The notes beneath the pieces were generated by a model that was not told where the DNA came from, made no database searches, and saw nothing but the letters and a program-made list of their open reading frames with translations. A program made the position numbers and the translations under genes. A stretch of DNA of 64,000 nt from an uncultured Caulobacteraceae bacterium (GTDB lineage Bacteria > Pseudomonadota > Alphaproteobacteria > Caulobacterales > Aquidulcibacteraceae): contig CAYUCW010000001.1 in NCBI GenBank assembly GCA_964443435.1, positions 11,474 through 75,473 of the forward strand, written 5' to 3'. The stretch's first letter is position 1. Each line of letters starts with the position of its first letter. Positions 59,185 to 64,000 of the stretch are shown piece by piece.

Positions 59185-61562
59185 GTTTCGCCTGCTTTAA
59201 AGACCAAATTTTGAATATTATTATTATATTTGACCTTAACTTTTGCATTTAATTTAGATTTTATAATTGCTTGTTTTATCTTGCCATTTTCCCATTCAAA
59301 GCTAACTTCAAAGCCACCACGTGCTAGCATTCCTTTAATTTTGCCATTCTTCCATTCATTCGGGAGTGCGGGAAGGAACTCAATAATACCTGAATGACTT
59401 TGCAAAAGCATTTCAAGAATGCCAGAAGCACCGCCAAAATTTCCGTCAATTTGGAATGGAGGATGCGCATCAAAAAGATTATTATATGAACGTTTAGGGC
59501 TTAAAAGTCTTTTAATAACTGATAATGTTTGATCACCATCTTTTAAACGCGCCCATAGATTAATTCGCCAACCAATAGCCCATCCAGTTGAATCATCGCC
59601 TCTAATTAAAAGCGTCTTTTTTGCAGCATTTGCAAGCGCAGGTGTCTTTTCTATAGTTATCTGTTCAGATGGATATAAACCATAAAGATGAGAAACATGT
59701 CTATGTTGTTGATCTGGTGCGTCATTATCCCAATCTTCCTGCCATTCTTGCAATTGGCCTGACTTTCCAATTTTATCAGGCGGGAGTTTTGACATCATAT
59801 TTGCAAATTCTTTTGATAAAGATTTATCCTGATTAAGAAGTTTAGATGCAAGAATTGTTCTTGAAAATAAATCACGTAAGATTTGATTATCCATTGCAGG
59901 GCCGGCGCAAATCGAAGTTCCAAAACCATGATTATTTTCAGGTGAAATTGAAGGATTTGTAACCATAAAGCCAGACTTTGGATCTTTTTGTAAAGTATCT
60001 AGGAAGAATAAGCTTGCACCTTTCATTAATGGGTAAAGTCTCTTTAAATAATTATTATCTGGATTAAATTCGTAAATATCCCATAGATTCTGCACGAGCC
60101 ATGCACCTCCCATAGCCCACATACCCCATTTTGCACCATCAGTAGGCATCGGAACACGCCATAAATCAGTATTATGATGAGCAACCCAGCCACGCGCATT
60201 ATATACTTCTTTTGCAAATTTCGCACCGGTTGCCGAAAGTTCTTCAACCATTTCAAATAATGGATCTATGGTTTCAATAATATTTCCGACACCTGCAATC
60301 CAATAATTCATTTCGGTATTTATATTAATTGTCCATTTAGAACCCCAAGGCGGATTGGTTTTATCATTCCAAATCCCTTGCAGATTTGCAGGTTGCCCTC
60401 CTTTTCTTGAAGAAGTTAATAATAAATATCTTCCATATTGTACATATAAAGCACACAAATCTGGATCTGGCTTTGAATTAAATTCTGCAATTCGTGTATT
60501 AGTGGGTAGTTCAGCTTGAGGTGTTTTTCCTAAATTAATTTGCAATCTATTATATTTTGATTGATAATTTTTAATATGATCAGCTTTGATGCTTTCAAAA
60601 CCTTTTGCAACAGCCTTTGAAATTATTTCTTTATTTATTGAAATTGGGTCTGCCGTTAGAGTTTTATAATCCACAAAATTAGTCGCAATTGAAGTATAAA
60701 TAACTACAGATTCTGCGCCTGTTACTAAGATGCTATTCCCAGTAATTTTTGCTTTGCCACCGGTTTGTATGATTTTTACACTTAATTCAAATTCCAAAGC
60801 GCCTGTATATTTGTCATGATTTGGATTTTTTCCTCTTATAATTATTGTTTCATTGTCTGGAATTATTAAATTTGCAGTTTGAGGTGAAGAAACAATTAAT
60901 TCTGCATTAATTCCTTTTGGATATTCTGAACTAAGTTTTGTAACAATTACATCATCAATTTCAGAGGCAAAAGTTTCTCTTTTATATTGTCTTGCAGCGT
61001 TAAAGCTTGTTGTTGCAATTGCACTAGATAAATCAAGCTCTCTTCTATAATCTTTTGAATTATCTATGCCCGGAGATAATATTAATAAATCCCCAATAGG
61101 TTGATAAGATGATTGACGTTTTAAATCTGCGAAGAAATCGCTATTAATTAAAGCTTCTGCCTCTGTATATTTACCATTAAAAACTAACTCCCTTATTTTT
61201 GGAAGTGAGTCTTTTGCCTTTGGGTTAACTGGAAAATAAGGACCGCCCGAAAAAAAGTTACATTCATTGAATTGAATTCTATCGGTTGATATGCCTCCAA
61301 ATACCATTGCGCCTAATCTGCCATTGCCAATAGGCAAAGCTTCTACCCATTCTGATGCAGGCGTATTATAGTATAGTTTTTGATTGTTATTATATTTGAT
61401 GTTTAAACTTGGTTCATTTACGGCTTTCCCGTAATTTATTTCCTGTGCATTTGCATGCGATCCATTTGCTCCAAATGAAGATAAAAGGGCGTAATTAACC
61501 GAATTTTTTAAAATGGAGCGTCGCGAAATCCATTTTTTTACCTTTAATGTATTTATATTCAT
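59166..61562 (-). CDS. GH95 alpha-L-fucosidase / alpha-L-galactosidase with Tat signal
   Basis: ALPIGNGRLGAM, YGRYLL, ININTEMNYW, HRHVSHLYGL, PPFQIDGNFG; SRRSIL signal. Confidence 0.93.
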   Translation of the reverse strand: MNINTLKVKKWISRRSILKNSVNYALLSSFGANGSHANAQEINYGKAVNEPSLNIKYNNNQKLYYNTPASEWVEALPIGNGRLGAMVFGGISTDRIQFNECNFFSGGPYFPVNPKAKDSLPKIRELVFNGKYTEAEALINSDFFADLKRQSSYQPIGDLLILSPGIDNSKDYRRELDLSSAIATTSFNAARQYKRETFASEIDDVIVTKLSSEYPKGINAELIVSSPQTANLIIPDNETIIIRGKNPNHDKYTGALEFELSVKIIQTGGKAKITGNSILVTGAESVVIYTSIATNFVDYKTLTADPISINKEIISKAVAKGFESIKADHIKNYQSKYNRLQINLGKTPQAELPTNTRIAEFNSKPDPDLCALYVQYGRYLLLTSSRKGGQPANLQGIWNDKTNPPWGSKWTININTEMNYWIAGVGNIIETIDPLFEMVEELSATGAKFAKEVYNARGWVAHHNTDLWRVPMPTDGAKWGMWAMGGAWLVQNLWDIYEFNPDNNYLKRLYPLMKGASLFFLDTLQKDPKSGFMVTNPSISPENNHGFGTSICAGPAMDNQILRDLFSRTILASKLLNQDKSLSKEFANMMSKLPPDKIGKSGQLQEWQEDWDNDAPDQQHRHVSHLYGLYPSEQITIEKTPALANAAKKTLLIRGDDSTGWAIGWRINLWARLKDGDQTLSVIKRLLSPKRSYNNLFDAHPPFQIDGNFGGASGILEMLLQSHSGIIEFLPALPNEWKNGKIKGMLARGGFEVSFEWENGKIKQAIIKSKLNAKVKVKYNNNIQNLVFKAGETKTIQA

Positions 61563-61694
61563 TTGTATTAAATTCTCCCTTGATTGTTTTTGACAATATG
61601 TGATTAATGTTTAATATATCTGATAAATATTTGGAAAATGCATATTTCATATATAAAAATATTAATTACATATAAAAATATCTTAGAGGAAAAT

Positions 61695-64000
61695 ATGAAA
61701 ACATCAAGACGTAGTTTTTTACTTGCAGCATCTTGTTCAGCAATAAGTCTGAATACAATTGGTATTAATTCTAGCTTATTCGCCGCAAGTTTAAATAATA
61801 CTGATTTAAAATGGCTTGATGGTGAAAAGCCGAATAATTTTAATGGAACAAGCTTTGGTATTCCTTTTCCAAAAGGCAGTTTAAATTCAAAATCAAAGCT
61901 TAAAATTATTTCAAAATCAGGTGAGATTGCTTCGCAAACATGGCCAATTGCCTATTGGCCGGATAAATCGGTTAAATGGCTTGCGGTTGCAACTGAAGCA
62001 ACTGAAAATCCTCAAGAAACCTATAGTCTTGTTGAAGGCGTTGCGGCACCGCCAAAAAATCCAATTTCACTAACTGAAACTTCGGAAGATATTCAGATAA
62101 AAAGCGGAAAAATTATTTGGACCGTTCCAAAATCTGGATCCGCTATTATTAAATCCGCGAAAATTGATTCCAATGAAGTGGTAAGTAATGTTGAACTTAT
62201 CGCGCTTTCGCAATCAAACCCGTCAATTGATGAAAGTGATACATCGGAAGTTAAACGCTTTAAAAGCAAAATTGAAAATGTTGTAATTGAACAAAATGGA
62301 CAAGTTCGTAGCGTAATTAAAATTACGGGAAAGCATGCTTCGGAACAAAAATCTTGGCTCCCTTTTTCTTTGCGCTTGTATTTCTATGCAGGGGCAAAAA
62401 ATGTTCGTGTAATGCATAGTTTTATTTATGATGGCGATGAAACCAAAGACTTTATTCGTGGCCTAGGATTAACCCTAAATATACCTCTAAAAGATGAATT
62501 ATATAATCGCCATATAAGAATTGCCGGCTCGGATAATGGAATATTCGCCGAAAGCGTAAGACCACTTACAGGCCTAAGAAGGGATCCTGGTAAAGCTTTC
62601 AAAGACGCGCAAATTAAAGGCAAAGCTGTCCCTGCTTTGACTAGTATGTCTCCTGCGGTAAGAAATACTCTTCAATATATTCCAACTTGGGGTGATTATA
62701 AATTATCACAATTATCATCGGACGGTTTCACAATAACTAAACGAACTGAAAAAGGTCATCCTTGGATTGATGCAAGTGCTTCAACTAAATCAAATGGTTT
62801 TGCTTATGTTGGAGGCTCTATGGGCGGTGCGGCAATCTCAATGACCGATTTCTGGCAAAGATGCCCATCGGCGCTTGATATAAGAAATGCCGCGACTGAT
62901 AAGGCAAGTCTAACAGCTTGGATGTGGTCACCTGATGCTGAGCCTATGGATTTAAGGCCATATCGCCCAAGCATGGGTGTGGATACTACCCAAGAAGAAA
63001 TTGAAACTTTAAACATAACCTATGAAGATTATGAAATAGGTTGGGGCAGGGCATATGGTATTGCACGCACTACGGAATTTAACATCTGGGCATTAGAAAC
63101 TACTGCTGAAAATAGTGAATTTGCAAAAATGGCAAATAGCGCAAGCAAAGCGCCAAGGCTTATTGTTTCACCTGAAAGGATTAAGCTTGCAAATGTTTTT
63201 GGTGCCTGGAGTTTACCTGATAAATCAGGGCCAATAAAAGCAAAAATCGAAAACCGCTTAGATTATCAATTAGATTTTTATATAAATCAACAAAAGCAAC
63301 ATAAATGGTATGGCTTCTGGAATTATGGCGATGTGATGCATACTTATGACGAAGATAGGCATATGTGGCGCTATGATATTGGCGGCTATGCATGGGCCAA
63401 TTCCGAATTATCACCAGACTTATGGCTATGGTATTCATATTTAAGAACAGGTCGTGCCGATGTCTTTAGATTTGCAGAGGCAATGACAAGGCAAACCGGT
63501 GAAGTTGATATTTACCATATTGGCCCTTGGAAAGGTTTTGGAACGCGCCATGGCGTGCAACCTTTTGCAGATTCTTCAAAGCAACCAAGAGTATCAAATG
63601 CGGCTTATAGAAGGATATATTATTATCTAACCGCAGATGAAAGAGTTGGCGATTTAATGCGGGATTTAAATGATTCAGATTATACGCTTAAGAATGTCAA
63701 TATTTCACGTAAACTTGCCAATCAAGCGCCAAAAAATCCAGATCCTAATATTGTTGATTGTGGTTTTGGAACTTCTTGGGGTTCATTTATTGCTGCTTGG
63801 TTAACTGAATGGGAAAGAACTGGCGATATTAAATGGCGTGATAGAATTTTAAATGGAATGCAATCAATTGCCAAATTAAAAAATGGCTGGTTTGTTGGTG
63901 GTACTCAATATGACTTAAGAACTGGCAAGTTTTTAGGTACAGGAGATAGTGTCGCAATATCCCATTTGAATTGCGTGTTTGGCGTTTTCGAAATCCAAAG
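61695..64000 (+). CDS. Probable exo-rhamnogalacturonan lyase (PL26, RGLX-like) with Tat signal; runs off the window end and is absent from the ORF track
   Basis: ATG after a GAGGA RBS; SRRSFLL signal; WLDG..SFGIPFPKG, WPIAYWPD..KW, YGFWNYGDVMHTYDEDRHMWRYDIGGYAWANSE; no stop seen to 64000. Confidence 0.82.
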   Translation, partial: MKTSRRSFLLAASCSAISLNTIGINSSLFAASLNNTDLKWLDGEKPNNFNGTSFGIPFPKGSLNSKSKLKIISKSGEIASQTWPIAYWPDKSVKWLAVATEATENPQETYSLVEGVAAPPKNPISLTETSEDIQIKSGKIIWTVPKSGSAIIKSAKIDSNEVVSNVELIALSQSNPSIDESDTSEVKRFKSKIENVVIEQNGQVRSVIKITGKHASEQKSWLPFSLRLYFYAGAKNVRVMHSFIYDGDETKDFIRGLGLTLNIPLKDELYNRHIRIAGSDNGIFAESVRPLTGLRRDPGKAFKDAQIKGKAVPALTSMSPAVRNTLQYIPTWGDYKLSQLSSDGFTITKRTEKGHPWIDASASTKSNGFAYVGGSMGGAAISMTDFWQRCPSALDIRNAATDKASLTAWMWSPDAEPMDLRPYRPSMGVDTTQEEIETLNITYEDYEIGWGRAYGIARTTEFNIWALETTAENSEFAKMANSASKAPRLIVSPERIKLANVFGAWSLPDKSGPIKAKIENRLDYQLDFYINQQKQHKWYGFWNYGDVMHTYDEDRHMWRYDIGGYAWANSELSPDLWLWYSYLRTGRADVFRFAEAMTRQTGEVDIYHIGPWKGFGTRHGVQPFADSSKQPRVSNAAYRRIYYYLTADERVGDLMRDLNDSDYTLKNVNISRKLANQAPKNPDPNIVDCGFGTSWGSFIAAWLTEWERTGDIKWRDRILNGMQSIAKLKNGWFVGGTQYDLRTGKFLGTGDSVAISHLNCVFGVFEIQ

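Noticed and set aside
61651-61681. ATATAAAAATAT direct repeat in the GH95/PL26 divergent spacer
   Set aside because: Low-complexity A/T sequence with no independent support.
29252-64000. RG-I/rhamnose locus as a tRNA-Ser-integrated genomic island
   Set aside because: No integrase, transposase or duplicated tRNA 3' end was seen in the window. Adjacency alone is insufficient, and the far boundary is outside the window.

Overview
AT-rich alphaproteobacterial chromosome segment, most likely Caulobacterales (divK-pleD, a holdfast hfs locus, a DipM-like peptidase, many TonB receptors). 1-29.3 kb is mostly core genes (serS, surE-pcm-nlpD/dipM, msrB, dinB, divK-pleD, rpmG, hfsDABC/hfsEFG, tRNA-Ser) carrying two accessory cassettes. 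The first is a translationally coupled four-gene operon right after serS: a divergent Lgt-family protein, a radical SAM enzyme with tetraether-lipid-synthase (Tes/GDGT-MAS)-like motifs, and two paralogous small membrane proteins with a conserved Cys. This is the best candidate for an undescribed lipid or lipoprotein modification system. The second is an Rrf2-YezD-TonB receptor-TauE sulfur cassette. 29.6-64 kb is a rhamnogalacturonan-I / L-rhamnose utilisation locus: a complete non-phosphorylative LRA pathway plus lldD, RhiT/RhiN-like genes, a GH43-GH35 fusion, CE12, RhaM, DeoR RhaR, RhaK and RhaI (no RhaD in the window), PL22, PL11, a TonB receptor, GH95 and a PL26 gene running off the right edge. 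No CRISPR array, rRNA, integrase or transposase was seen. All family calls come from motif recognition without database searches.
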